The notes under the pieces: generated by a model | The model's input: the letters and a program-made list of their open reading frames with translations, nothing else | Database searches by the model: none | What the model was told of the DNA's origin: nothing | Virus record (IMG/VR): IMGVR_UViG_2974753081_000001 | Coordinates: 1-64,000 of that record | Source of the DNA: a virus | Taxonomy: Duplodnaviria > Caudoviricetes | Length of the DNA stretch: 64,000 nt | Strand: one strand, 5' to 3' | Program-made: the position numbers and the translations under genes | Shown: piece by piece, positions 1 to 9,601 of the stretch | How positions within the stretch are numbered: position 1 is the stretch's first letter | How the letters are laid out: each line of letters starts with the position of its first letter

Positions 1-2160
1 ATGCCTACCCGGAACAAGGCGCAATCCGAGCTGATCAATACGTCGGCGTTCGACCCGGTGGTCAACTTCAGGAGCGTGCTCTCGGCGGAGCCCCCGTGGG
101 ACTCCATCGTGGACTTCGCCACGCACCGGTCGTTCTGTGGGCAGCGGCTGTACCCGCGTCAGCTCACGCTGTTGAAGCTGATCTACCTCGAAACCGAGAC
201 GATGACGGCGTTCGATCTCGACGTCATCGAGCAGTGGCGGGAGGGGTTCAAGAACCCGGACATGCCTGAGGGCGTGAACGAGGACATCTGGACCCGTGTC
301 GAGTACCTGAAGCAGCGCGGGTATCGGCACTTCCCCCACATCGAGGCGATCATCGGTCGCCGTGGCTCCAAGGGCAAGGTCGGCGGCATCCTCGGCGCGG
401 AGAAGCTCGCGTACATGTTCAGCCTGGACAACTGGCAGAACCACTACGGCGTGTCTCCGGGCAAGGACGGCTACATGTCGGTCGTCGCGACGAACTCGAT
501 CCAGGCCAAGAAGTTCCAGTTCGCCGACATCCGCGAGACGGTCGAGTCCTGCCGGTACCTCCAGCCGCACATCGCCGAGCTGAAGGACTACACCCTGGCG
601 ATCCGGACGCCTGCCGATGTCCGGCGCATCGCCTACATGCACAAAAATAAAATCCCGATCGACCACCAGATCGCGACGCTGCACGCGGTCGCGATGTCAT
701 CGAACTCATCGTCTGGTCGAGGTGCGACCGGCTTCGCAAACTTCTTCGACGAGTTCGCCCACATGATCTCCGGCACCGGCTCGCAGCGGTCGTCGGAAGA
801 GGTCTACGAGGCGTACCAGCCCTCGCTAGACCAGTTCGGCCAGGACTCGCTGACCTACATCCCGTCGTCTCCGTTCACGATGGTCGGGCACTTCTACTCG
901 CTGTACGAGCAGGGCAAGGTCCTGATGAGCGAGTACGACCCGGACACCGGTACCTCCAACTTCACCGAGAAGACGGCCAAGCAGCTCGGCCTGTCGGACG
1001 GCGACGCCGAGGAGAAGCTCATCGAGGTCACGGCCAACCCCGAGATGCTGGTAGTGCAGCTGCCGTCCTGGGGGCTCTACCAGGACTGGCAGAAGTCGCC
1101 GTCGCTGGGCGGGCCGAAGTTCAAGCGCCCCATCCAGGCGTATGACGAGCGCATGATGCGACTGGAGCGGTCGAACCCCGCCAAGTTCGCGGTCGAGCGC
1201 CGGTCCCAGTTCGCCTCCGTGCTCGATGCGTTCCTGGACCCGAAGAAGGTCGAGGCCATGTTCAACCCGGTGCCGTGGCGGGAGCCGGGCAAGCTCGCCG
1301 CGCAGGACAAGGGACGACTGGATCGTCGGTACTACGCCCACGTCGACCCCGGTCTGACCAACGCCAACTTCGCCTTCGCCATCGGTCACCTGGAGGACGC
1401 CCCGGCAGAGCTGGACCCCGAGGGCACGGCGTGGCCGCACGTCATCATCGACTACCTGAAGGTCTGGAAGCCGGGAGACTACGAGGACCACACCATCGAC
1501 TACGTGCAGGTCCAGCGCGAGATCGCCGAGACGCTGCGCAAGTTCCCGTCGATGGTCGAGTTCTCCGCCGACCAGTGGAACAGCGCGGGCATGCTGGCCG
1601 CGCTCCGCGAGGAGTTCGGCACGACCATGACCGTGCGCCAGGAGACCTTCACCGAGGCCGCGAACCAGGAGCGCATGGAGCGGTTCAAGTCCGCGCTCAA
1701 CCTCGGCTGGATTCACGCCTACAAGGACGACTTCTACGAGGGCGGACAGAAGTTCGCTGCCTCAGACACCAACCAGTCGCTGCTGGAAATGGAGGCCAAG
1801 TTCCTTCAGCGCAAGCCGAACGGGAAGGTCGACAAGCAGGAGATCGGCCCGGTCACGACCAAGGATCTCTTCGACGCGGTCAACGTCATCACCGACCGGA
1901 TGCTGAAGGACTACCTGGACCGCTGGCAGTCCAAGATGCTCGGTCTGCACACCCCGGCGGTCGGCTCGACCAACGTCAACGGCCTGCGCTCGGGCCGCGA
2001 CATCGACCGCCTCAACGCGCTGAAGACCGGCAGGAATCTCGCCTCGACCGAGGCCCCGCTGTCGGCTCGGGACAAGCTCCGAGCGCAGTCTCGCGAGAAG
2101 GCGTTCGCGCGCACGCAGCGGTCGGGCGCGTATTCATCCCGGCTGAGAGGCCGTGGTTGA
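1..2160 (+). CDS. terL: Terminase large subunit
   Basis: Walker A-like GRRGSKGK, Walker B FFDE and RNase H-like nuclease motif HVDPG; first gene of a virion cluster. Starts at window base 1, so the start cannot be verified. Confidence 0.9.
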   Translation: MPTRNKAQSELINTSAFDPVVNFRSVLSAEPPWDSIVDFATHRSFCGQRLYPRQLTLLKLIYLETETMTAFDLDVIEQWREGFKNPDMPEGVNEDIWTRVEYLKQRGYRHFPHIEAIIGRRGSKGKVGGILGAEKLAYMFSLDNWQNHYGVSPGKDGYMSVVATNSIQAKKFQFADIRETVESCRYLQPHIAELKDYTLAIRTPADVRRIAYMHKNKIPIDHQIATLHAVAMSSNSSSGRGATGFANFFDEFAHMISGTGSQRSSEEVYEAYQPSLDQFGQDSLTYIPSSPFTMVGHFYSLYEQGKVLMSEYDPDTGTSNFTEKTAKQLGLSDGDAEEKLIEVTANPEMLVVQLPSWGLYQDWQKSPSLGGPKFKRPIQAYDERMMRLERSNPAKFAVERRSQFASVLDAFLDPKKVEAMFNPVPWREPGKLAAQDKGRLDRRYYAHVDPGLTNANFAFAIGHLEDAPAELDPEGTAWPHVIIDYLKVWKPGDYEDHTIDYVQVQREIAETLRKFPSMVEFSADQWNSAGMLAALREEFGTTMTVRQETFTEAANQERMERFKSALNLGWIHAYKDDFYEGGQKFAASDTNQSLLEMEAKFLQRKPNGKVDKQEIGPVTTKDLFDAVNVITDRMLKDYLDRWQSKMLGLHTPAVGSTNVNGLRSGRDIDRLNALKTGRNLASTEAPLSARDKLRAQSREKAFARTQRSGAYSSRLRGRG

Positions 2161-2166
2161 TGTAGT

Positions 2167-2182
2167 TTCGTGTTAACACTAC
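2167..2182. promoter_or_regulatory. Palindromic operator copy 1 (core GTGTTAACAC at 2170-2179)
   Basis: TTCGTGTTAACACTAC, intergenic; its reverse complement matches the copies at 9211 and 61086. Confidence 0.7.
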
Positions 2183-2194
2183 GAGGAGACAGCG

Positions 2195-2695
2195 ATGCCG
2201 GACGTGGCTGCCAAGCCCTCGGTGCAGTGCAAGGACTGCGCCGCTGCCGGGATCACCCGACCCCGCAAGGTCCACCAGGTCAAGGTCAAGGGGCAGCTTC
2301 GGGACGCTCCGGGCAAGCGGTGTCGCGAGCACTTCTACGCCCGGCGCAAGGTCGTCCGGCAGCGGTCGCGCGATCTGCGCATCGAGGATGTCTACACGCT
2401 CTCTCCGGAGGAGTTCGAGGAGCTGTTCATCTTCCAGGGCCGCTGCTGTTTCATCTGCGAGAAGGCCAAGGGCAAGACGCGCGCGCTGCACGTCGACCAT
2501 GACCACACCATCGAGGACCGCCGCGAGTCGATCCGTGGGCTGCTGTGCAGCACCTGCAACCGCATCCTGCTCGGTCGCTACACCATCGCGATGCTGCTGC
2601 GGGCCATCGACTACCAGCTGGACCCACCGGCTCAGCGGTACTTCCGGGCCAAGGAGCGCGCCCGCGAGATAGAGGAGGCTGGACGTGCCGCGTAA
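2195..2695 (+). CDS. Endonuclease VII (HNH-type) family nuclease
   Basis: CFIC...LHVDHDH...IRGLLCSTCN motif; RBS GAGGAG. Confidence 0.88.
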   Translation: MPDVAAKPSVQCKDCAAAGITRPRKVHQVKVKGQLRDAPGKRCREHFYARRKVVRQRSRDLRIEDVYTLSPEEFEELFIFQGRCCFICEKAKGKTRALHVDHDHTIEDRRESIRGLLCSTCNRILLGRYTIAMLLRAIDYQLDPPAQRYFRAKERAREIEEAGRAA

Positions 2696-2909
2696 AGGGC
2701 CACGCCGACCTCTGTTCAGCGTTCGTGTCGACGAGGCAGATGACACGTGGGTTCGCTCGCGCGCCATCGAGGAGGGGGTGGACTTCGCGGCGTTCGGTCG
2801 CCGCGTCCTCTCCTACGCCAGGGAGACCATGCCTCTGGGCTGGACCCCGACGGAGGACGAACCGACCCCCACCGACGGAGAGGCACCGTGCAGAACTACC
2901 GCGACATGA
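2685..2909 (+). CDS. Ribbon-helix-helix DNA-binding protein
   Basis: FSVRV strand followed by two helices with a central Gly (DEADDTWVRSRAIEEGVDFAAFGRRVL); RBS GAGGAGG. Confidence 0.65.
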   Translation: MPRKGPRRPLFSVRVDEADDTWVRSRAIEEGVDFAAFGRRVLSYARETMPLGWTPTEDEPTPTDGEAPCRTTAT

Positions 2910-3067
2910 CGGTCGGCGAGCTTGAAGACGAGCTGGACCGCCTGGAAGACGAAAAGAAAAATCTCGAACGGTACTCGATGGTCGATGACCCCGATGATGA
3001 ATGGGGACAGGTAAATCGGGACATCGGTATCGTGCGAAAACTGCTCGGGCAGCGCCGCTCGGTGTAG
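2888..3067 (+). CDS. Small coiled-coil hypothetical protein
   Basis: GTG start after GGAGAGG; helical charged sequence. Confidence 0.6.
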   Translation: MQNYRDMTVGELEDELDRLEDEKKNLERYSMVDDPDDEWGQVNRDIGIVRKLLGQRRSV

Positions 3068-3164
3068 TGCGGGGCGACGGAATCTACCACCGCTTGCTCC
3101 GACCCAGTAGTCTCAACAGTGAAACAAGTGGTCATAGGCCATAGCAGGGAAGGGAGTGAGAGGG

Positions 3165-3767
3165 ATGTTCACCAATGCCACCCGCATCGCGGACCGCGAG
3201 CGTAGTGCGGCGCACTCTGCTCTCGTCCACCTGATCGCCACGGGCGACGACTGGTTCGACGGCACCCCCAGCTCGGTGGACCGTCGCATCTCGACGCTGC
3301 GTTCTGCCTTCGCGCAGGTGCGCCGTGTGGCTTCGGTCGATCCGGAGATGATGCAGCAGGCCGAGCGTCTGGATGCCGAGATCAACGATCTCCACTCCCT
3401 GCGCTCTGAGCTGCTGTCGGCGAGCCACGCCCCCCGTCGTCGCCTGCCGCGTCTTTCCTCGCTCGGAACGCTGTCTCAGCGTGGCCGCGAGTTCGTCGCG
3501 AGCGAGCTTCGGACGTTCCTCGCCGAGAATGCCGACGCACTCGATGACCCTGACGAGCTGGATGTTCGGGCTGAGGACCATGCCGAGCGAGAAATTGCAA
3601 ACTTCCAGATGCCCTTGAGCGAGGCGAAGAATGTCGTCGCGCATTTCCGTCTGGCTGTAGATTGGGCAGCACGTAATGCCCACCGCTCCGCTACCAAGGA
3701 CCACCGTCCCCAGCGTGTGCGCGAAGCTAGCGTTGCCGAGATGCCGGACGACGCTCTGTTCGACTGA
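3165..3767 (+). CDS. Hypothetical head-region protein
   Basis: Clean ORF with purine-rich RBS; RIA, RVA and REA linkers; C-terminus resembles that of the scaffold. Confidence 0.75.
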   Translation: MFTNATRIADRERSAAHSALVHLIATGDDWFDGTPSSVDRRISTLRSAFAQVRRVASVDPEMMQQAERLDAEINDLHSLRSELLSASHAPRRRLPRLSSLGTLSQRGREFVASELRTFLAENADALDDPDELDVRAEDHAEREIANFQMPLSEAKNVVAHFRLAVDWAARNAHRSATKDHRPQRVREASVAEMPDDALFD

Positions 3768-3832
3768 CTGGCCCACGGGGTTTGTGCGGCTTCACTCAGA
3801 GCGCGAAGAGCGGTGAACTGAAGTGAGGTCCT

Positions 3833-4042
3833 GTGTCCAACAAGAAGAACGAGAGGAATCAGGTTCCTCCGCTGCTGGTCAACATAATGTTGATCACCGT
3901 CCTCGTGTTGTTTGTTGCGAACAATGCGGCCAGACTGTTGGTAGCTGGCTATGAGCCATCTGTTGTGGTCGACGGCATGATGGCCACGGTGATCGGCCTG
4001 ATCGCGATGCAGCGTAAGGAAACTGGGGGCGGAGAAGAGTGA
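3833..4042 (+). CDS. Small membrane protein (2 TM, possibly holin-like)
   Basis: Two hydrophobic segments with charged termini; AT-richer than flanks. Confidence 0.65.
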   Translation: MSNKKNERNQVPPLLVNIMLITVLVLFVANNAARLLVAGYEPSVVVDGMMATVIGLIAMQRKETGGGEE

Positions 4043-4608
4043 ATACAACGTCGGCGATAGTCCTCTCTACATTGATGGGCCTCATTGTGGGGTTCACACT
4101 GGGCCAGTTCTTCGACCTGGACCTGAAGACCTGGAAGCGGGGCATCCCTCTGCTCCACCTCAGCAAGCGAGAGCGTCGGCGAAAGCTACCGTGGAACCGC
4201 GTGCTGGGCGCGGTCCTCGTGGTGGTCATGATGTTCACCTTCGTGCAGTTCCAGGCGTTCCAGTCCAAGCAGGCCAAGTGCAACAGCGAGCAGCGCCGCG
4301 TTTCCGCCGAGCGCGGTGCTGCCTCCGCGCAGGATCAGCGCCTCATCCAGCGCGATGCGATCAATCTCGGCGTGGCTATCCGCACCGTCCTCGGCCAGCC
4401 TCAGCCGCACAACGCCTACATCGATGAGTCGGTGGCGAGCCTGGGCAAGTACATGGAGTCACGCGGCGTGGCCCCGGACGCCCCGCAGGATGTGCGCTCT
4501 GAGATCGCGCTCGATTGGTTCCAGGCTGAGCAGCTCGACACCATCGAGACCCGAGTGCAGAACGACAAGGTCCGCGCGGCCAATCCCTATCCTGAGGCGC
4601 GGTGTTAG
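4039..4608 (+). CDS. Membrane protein (2 TM plus soluble C-terminal domain)
   Basis: Two hydrophobic segments; 4-bp overlap with the previous gene. Confidence 0.7.
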   Translation: MNTTSAIVLSTLMGLIVGFTLGQFFDLDLKTWKRGIPLLHLSKRERRRKLPWNRVLGAVLVVVMMFTFVQFQAFQSKQAKCNSEQRRVSAERGAASAQDQRLIQRDAINLGVAIRTVLGQPQPHNAYIDESVASLGKYMESRGVAPDAPQDVRSEIALDWFQAEQLDTIETRVQNDKVRAANPYPEARC

Positions 4609-4707
4609 CGGCTCGCTGCTGATGGAATGCGTGGGCTTTCTCCCGCGATGATCTAGGCTGGTCTCCAGCAAGGTGCAGGGCTAAATCCGAACCGAAAGAG
4701 ACCCCCC

Positions 4708-7062
4708 ATGAGCTATGGCATTTTCGAGTCCGTCTCCACCGATGGCTTCGATGAACAGCGGCGACAGACGGCGGCGACCAAGTCGCTCGACCTGGCTTCG
4801 GAGAGGGTGTCCCGGCAGTTCGGCGCATTCCTCTGCGCGGCCACCGACAAGCAGGACTTCGAGGACCGCGTCGCGCTGGTCAAGCCCGAGATGATGAAGA
4901 CCGTCGAGGCTGCTGGTGTCATGCCGGTGACCGGCGTCATGCGCAAGGTCGTCGGTCGACAGCGGTCGGCCTGGAAGAAGGCTGCCGAGACCAAGAGGCA
5001 TCCCGACGAGACTCCCGAGGAGCTGTGGGAGGGGAAGGGTCCGAGTAAGGACCCCGATACAGGTGCCCCTCTGCGCGACACCACGAAGTCCGAGGCTGAC
5101 TGGTACAGCGGCGTCGGCAAGGCGCTGCAATCCAAGACTGCTGGCGTCGGTTCGGTCATCGATAAGTTGATCGGCGACGGCTGGGACATCCTGGACTACG
5201 AGCCTCGCTCGGAGTGCTACAGCTTCATGAAGATGGACGGCGACTACGACCTGTTCATCACCGAGTACTCAGCCACGGAGGTGGCCTGGAAGGTCCAGTG
5301 GAACACCGGGGGTTCGGTGATCGCCGAGGGGCGGTCGCAGACTCTGGAGCAGGCGGCGAAGGACATCTATGCCGTGTCCGGCGATACCTTTACCGCTGCG
5401 ACCAAGTCCGCCTCCGATGACAACGACACCCATTCGGGTAAGGACCTGATCCCCGACGACAACTGGGATGGCTACCTCAATGAGCGGGCCACCGAGGACA
5501 CCGCCAAGGTCAAGACCCACAACTTCGCCAGCCGACGCACCGCTCGCACCGAGGATGAGGTCCGCAAGGAGCGCGACGAGGTCGACAAGCGGCTGGACGA
5601 CGCCATCGACAACGGTGGCGATGTTTCGGGGCTGCGCCAGAAGCTGCGAGACCTCAACGACGAACTGTCCGACGTCATGCGCGAGGACAAGTACGGCAGC
5701 AAGCAGGCTGCTAACTGGACCGACATGGGCGGCGGCAACTCCGCGCTGTCGGGCGTGAAGGCGGAACTGGGTGGGGGCTGGTCGGCGGACATCGTCGTCA
5801 ACTCCCAGGGCAAGGCGAGCTGGAGCATCTACAACCCCAGCGACGACAACGTTCAGCAGGGGATGGCCGACAGCCTGGACGAGGCCAAGCAGGCTGTCGA
5901 GGCGACCTTCCGCAACTACAACGTCGCCTCGCGTCGTCAGGCCGGGTCCGGCCCAGGTGGCGTCGAGGAGTGGTGGGAGCGCGAGCAGGAGCCCAACTGG
6001 GGCACCATCGGTGAATACTCGCTCGATCCCGGAGGACCGCCCAGCTCGGGCAATTTCAGCTGGCCCGACGAGGACGACGACACCTCGCGTCACGGCGGCA
6101 AGACCGCTGGTGTCCGCGTCACCGAGGACGGCAGCCAGTTCCGTGCCGAGGTCACCGGCTGCCCCTGCGGCAACGACCACACCCTGTTCGGCGGCAGCCG
6201 TAGCCAGGCCGAGGGCATGGGGTTCGACATCATGGACGACCATCGCTTCGCCGCGTTGGTCGTCGCCAACGAGGACGGCTCCACCACGGGCGATCCCACC
6301 AAGCCCAACACCCTCAACGACGACGTGCTCGACGGCGTGGAGAAGGGCGATGAGTCCAAGGTGTCGGACAACATCGACACCAACACCGGGGACGGCTCGG
6401 ACTCGAAGGGCAACAAGCGCAGCTCGCGCCAGCGCATCGCCGGTATCGATGAGGACGAGCGCGAGTTCATCCAGTGGCTCGCTCGCGACTGCGACTGGAA
6501 CCCGCAGGGCACCTCCGAGCTGCGCGAGGCGCTGTCGGAGTGGGCGGGGCAGACCGGAGCCAGCGCGGACTCGCTCGACTACATCGGCGACATGATCCTG
6601 GAGGAGCCGCACCGCTTCAGCTCGCGCCAGCCGCGTTACCGGGCTGCCTCGCGCCAGCGCAAGCAGGCCGCAACCAGCTGGTCCAAGGCCGACTTCGGGC
6701 CGGACGCCGAGAGCGAGGTCTGGGAGACCACCTTCCCGAACGGTTACTCCGGCGAGGTCAAGGCCATGTATGGGCGCGTGACCTACTCGGTCTGGTCCGG
6801 CGGCGGCATCCACATCGCGGGCGGCACTGCGGACTCGGTCGAGGACGCCATGCACCTCTGCGAGCAGAAGGCCGACTTCTACACCATCGGCTCGGCGAAA
6901 AATGCCGACCGCGCGTTCGAGGCTGCGGTCCTTCGGGTGGCTGACGTCGACACCGACTACGTCGGCCCCGAGGGAGAGCAGACCGACCTGGTCGACATTG
7001 ACGACTCGCGCACCGATCCGGGTGCCTGGGACGGCACGTCCACCGCACAGCCCACCTTCTGA
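4708..7062 (+). CDS. Modular acidic head-region polyprotein A (784 aa)
   Basis: Small modules separated by KTA, KSA, RRTA, KQA, RRQA, RIA and RVA linkers; phage-like codon usage. Confidence 0.85.
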   Translation: MSYGIFESVSTDGFDEQRRQTAATKSLDLASERVSRQFGAFLCAATDKQDFEDRVALVKPEMMKTVEAAGVMPVTGVMRKVVGRQRSAWKKAAETKRHPDETPEELWEGKGPSKDPDTGAPLRDTTKSEADWYSGVGKALQSKTAGVGSVIDKLIGDGWDILDYEPRSECYSFMKMDGDYDLFITEYSATEVAWKVQWNTGGSVIAEGRSQTLEQAAKDIYAVSGDTFTAATKSASDDNDTHSGKDLIPDDNWDGYLNERATEDTAKVKTHNFASRRTARTEDEVRKERDEVDKRLDDAIDNGGDVSGLRQKLRDLNDELSDVMREDKYGSKQAANWTDMGGGNSALSGVKAELGGGWSADIVVNSQGKASWSIYNPSDDNVQQGMADSLDEAKQAVEATFRNYNVASRRQAGSGPGGVEEWWEREQEPNWGTIGEYSLDPGGPPSSGNFSWPDEDDDTSRHGGKTAGVRVTEDGSQFRAEVTGCPCGNDHTLFGGSRSQAEGMGFDIMDDHRFAALVVANEDGSTTGDPTKPNTLNDDVLDGVEKGDESKVSDNIDTNTGDGSDSKGNKRSSRQRIAGIDEDEREFIQWLARDCDWNPQGTSELREALSEWAGQTGASADSLDYIGDMILEEPHRFSSRQPRYRAASRQRKQAATSWSKADFGPDAESEVWETTFPNGYSGEVKAMYGRVTYSVWSGGGIHIAGGTADSVEDAMHLCEQKADFYTIGSAKNADRAFEAAVLRVADVDTDYVGPEGEQTDLVDIDDSRTDPGAWDGTSTAQPTF

Positions 7063-7075
7063 GAGAGGACGCGCA

Positions 7076-9214
7076 ATGCGACCTTGGGACACCGAGCACA
7101 TCCGCCATCAGGCGAACCGCTCCCCCAACTCGCGCCCTCTGGGCGTAGAGCGAGCCATCGAGGCCATCGCTCCGGCGGTGGTCCCGCTCGTCACCCGTGC
7201 GCTGCCTGCTGTCGGCCTGGCCGTCGGCGGCGGGGAGGACAACGGTGGTGGGGCTGTCGAGCCGAACACCGACGTCTATGACGAGGCCACCGAGGCTCCG
7301 GCTGACGAGACGGTCTACCAGGCCGGGCTCCGCACTGCTGGGGGTGTCGCTGCCCATGCAGTGACGGTGGAGAACGTCGGTGGCCGCTACCCCTACCGAG
7401 CCCGATGCTCGTGCGGCTGGGAGACTCCCTGGGGATACGCCGCCGAGCACGCAGCAGCCGATATGGGCAAATACCACCAGGAGGAACACACCGCGTCTCG
7501 CCGCCATGTCGCCTTCGCTCCGAATGACGTCAAGGTCGTCACTTCACTCAACGGCGGACTAGCCATCGGCTCTAACGCGGTCTGCTATGACTGCAAGTGG
7601 ATCGGCAAGCATGGCGGCTACGGTTCAGCTCGCGGTGAGGCAGACATTCACGCCCTGGCCAAGCACGGCGTCGATGACTGGGACGCCTCGGCCAACAACA
7701 TCAAGATGCAGTCGGGCGAGTTCGACAGGATGGCTCGCGAGTGGCGTACCGCATCATCGCGCCGCACCGCTGCGCTGGAGGACTGGTTCGACGTGGACGG
7801 CTACCTCTGGGAGCTGCACCACCAGTCGGGATTCAAGGCGTATGCCGAGGAGAACGGCGACGTCGTGGACTGGTGGGTGGAGAATGACGGCGGCGACGTT
7901 GTCGACTCCGGCCAGGTCGTCGGCGCGTCCGAAGAGGAGTTGAACCAGGCCAAGACCCTGGCCGAGGACTCTCTGGGCAGCATGAGTCACTACAGCGTGA
8001 GGATGGCTGCGGCGTGGCACATCCCCTGGCAGGAGGAGTACGACGGCGGGCTGTTCTGCAACCTGACCGACGGCGGGCAGGCGGTCATCCACCCGCTCGG
8101 CAGCGACGCCGCGCTGGGGACGTTCTGGACCGGCTTCGTCAACGATCCGAGTGGCCGCGAGGTGTTCACCACCGAGGGCTACGACAAGGTGAAGGTCTCC
8201 CAGGAGCTGTCCGACTACGTTCGCGACCACGCCCTGCACGAGGGTTCGACCCGCCGCACTGCCTCCCGCAAGGAGGCCAAGTCCTATCCGGCTCATGCAC
8301 TGAAGCCCGGTGACTACGTGGACGGCAAGGAGGTCTTCGACACGCGCGCGGGGTGGGGCGGCTACAAGATCGTGTTCACCGACGGTTCCGAGAAGACCGT
8401 TCCTAGTGCTGAGACCGAGGTGGAGACCTCCGACAGTCCCCACTTCGGCTCGCGCCGGACTGCCGGTAGTCTGTGGGATTCAATTGTCGAGCCACGGCAC
8501 AAGGTAGCGGGATGGGACTGGGACGATCACCTGGCTGGCTACGTCGCGGAGGGGGCTTCGGCTCACTTCGCCTGCGTCTGCGGAAGCAACATCGAGGCAC
8601 CGGGTTATTCGACCTGTCACTGCGGGAGGATTTGGAACGCCTCTGCACTCCAGACGACCCCTGGTGGCCCGGTTCAGATCGTGTGCCGCGAGGTCCCGAA
8701 CCGAGGGGCTGAGGTCGTCCTCGCCAGCAAGCGCACTGCGTCGCCCGGTCTGGTCCACTGGCCGGACGGCGGTCGAGTATGGGTCCACGGCGAGCCCGGC
8801 GTGATCGTCTCCGGTCCGGAGTATCCCGCAGAGGAGGGCCACAAGTGGGTCATCTTCGACAACGGTGGGTGGGACGATCTGGTACCGATCAGCGAACTGC
8901 GGACCGAGGGCAAGAGGGCCGCTCGCAGCCCTTTTGACCTCCCCCTCCGGAAGGAGGGGATGGCCAAGAGGGTTGGTCCCGGCGCGTATCACGAGATCAC
9001 CGAGTACGGCACCTTCGGCATCGAGAATGTGTACGGCGAGTGGTTCCTGCACACGCCTGACTACCTGTACTCCGACGGCAAGCTGCCGAAGGGAATGGCC
9101 GACGACGTCTACCGGACCAAGGCTGAGGCGCTAGAGGCCGTACGCGGCATGTGTGCCGATCCTGAGATGTTTGACCTCCAGAGGGTCGCTGGCCTCAACA
9201 AGGGCTGCCCGTAG
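7076..9214 (+). CDS. Modular head-region polyprotein B with Zn-finger modules
   Basis: ATG at 7076 after GAGAGGA, in frame with ORF 6902..9214; CSCGW, CYDCKW and CVCG..CHCG modules; many RTA linkers. Confidence 0.85.
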   Translation: MRPWDTEHIRHQANRSPNSRPLGVERAIEAIAPAVVPLVTRALPAVGLAVGGGEDNGGGAVEPNTDVYDEATEAPADETVYQAGLRTAGGVAAHAVTVENVGGRYPYRARCSCGWETPWGYAAEHAAADMGKYHQEEHTASRRHVAFAPNDVKVVTSLNGGLAIGSNAVCYDCKWIGKHGGYGSARGEADIHALAKHGVDDWDASANNIKMQSGEFDRMAREWRTASSRRTAALEDWFDVDGYLWELHHQSGFKAYAEENGDVVDWWVENDGGDVVDSGQVVGASEEELNQAKTLAEDSLGSMSHYSVRMAAAWHIPWQEEYDGGLFCNLTDGGQAVIHPLGSDAALGTFWTGFVNDPSGREVFTTEGYDKVKVSQELSDYVRDHALHEGSTRRTASRKEAKSYPAHALKPGDYVDGKEVFDTRAGWGGYKIVFTDGSEKTVPSAETEVETSDSPHFGSRRTAGSLWDSIVEPRHKVAGWDWDDHLAGYVAEGASAHFACVCGSNIEAPGYSTCHCGRIWNASALQTTPGGPVQIVCREVPNRGAEVVLASKRTASPGLVHWPDGGRVWVHGEPGVIVSGPEYPAEEGHKWVIFDNGGWDDLVPISELRTEGKRAARSPFDLPLRKEGMAKRVGPGAYHEITEYGTFGIENVYGEWFLHTPDYLYSDGKLPKGMADDVYRTKAEALEAVRGMCADPEMFDLQRVAGLNKGCP

Positions 9215-9235
9215 TGTTAACACAACGCCTAGACT
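9211..9235 (+). promoter_or_regulatory. Palindromic operator copy 2 plus -10 box TAGACT (leaderless promoter)
   Basis: GTAGTGTTAACACAAC at 9211-9226; TAGACT at 9230-9235, 6 nt before ATG 9242, which has no RBS. Confidence 0.65.
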
Positions 9236-9241
9236 AAGCAC

Positions 9242-9601
9242 ATGGCGAACACGAAGTGCCTCTGCGGCAAGGGACGCCCGGTCGAGTACGTGGACGAGGT
9301 GACACAGCGGGGGTACTGCTCCGTCTGCGCATCCAGCGAGGTCACGTCCTCGCTGGCCGTCCACATGCAGTTCATCAGCGATCTCGTGCCGCTGGAGGTC
9401 GGCGAGCGCGTGGAGTGCCGGACGGTCGGCGAGTACTACGACGGCACCGGCGTCATTGTTGAAATATCCACGGAGCTGCGCCACGGCGGAACCCCCGTTC
9501 ACCCCGCATACCGTGTCAGACTGGACGGCGAGAAGGGCGAGGAGCTTTGGTACACGCCCGTTTGTTTGACCAGGACAGCGAGGGTTGACGCACGTGGGTG
9601 A
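9242..9601 (+). CDS. Small Zn-finger plus SH3/KOW-like protein
   Basis: CxC...CxxC followed by LEVGERVECR...GVIVEI...YRVRLD beta-barrel-like pattern. Confidence 0.7.
   Translation: MANTKCLCGKGRPVEYVDEVTQRGYCSVCASSEVTSSLAVHMQFISDLVPLEVGERVECRTVGEYYDGTGVIVEISTELRHGGTPVHPAYRVRLDGEKGEELWYTPVCLTRTARVDARG

Noticed and set aside
1..2160. Intein in terminase, portal or helicase
   Set aside because: No C/S...HN-C/S/T splice motifs or LAGLIDADG blocks seen; extra length is explained by low-complexity extensions.
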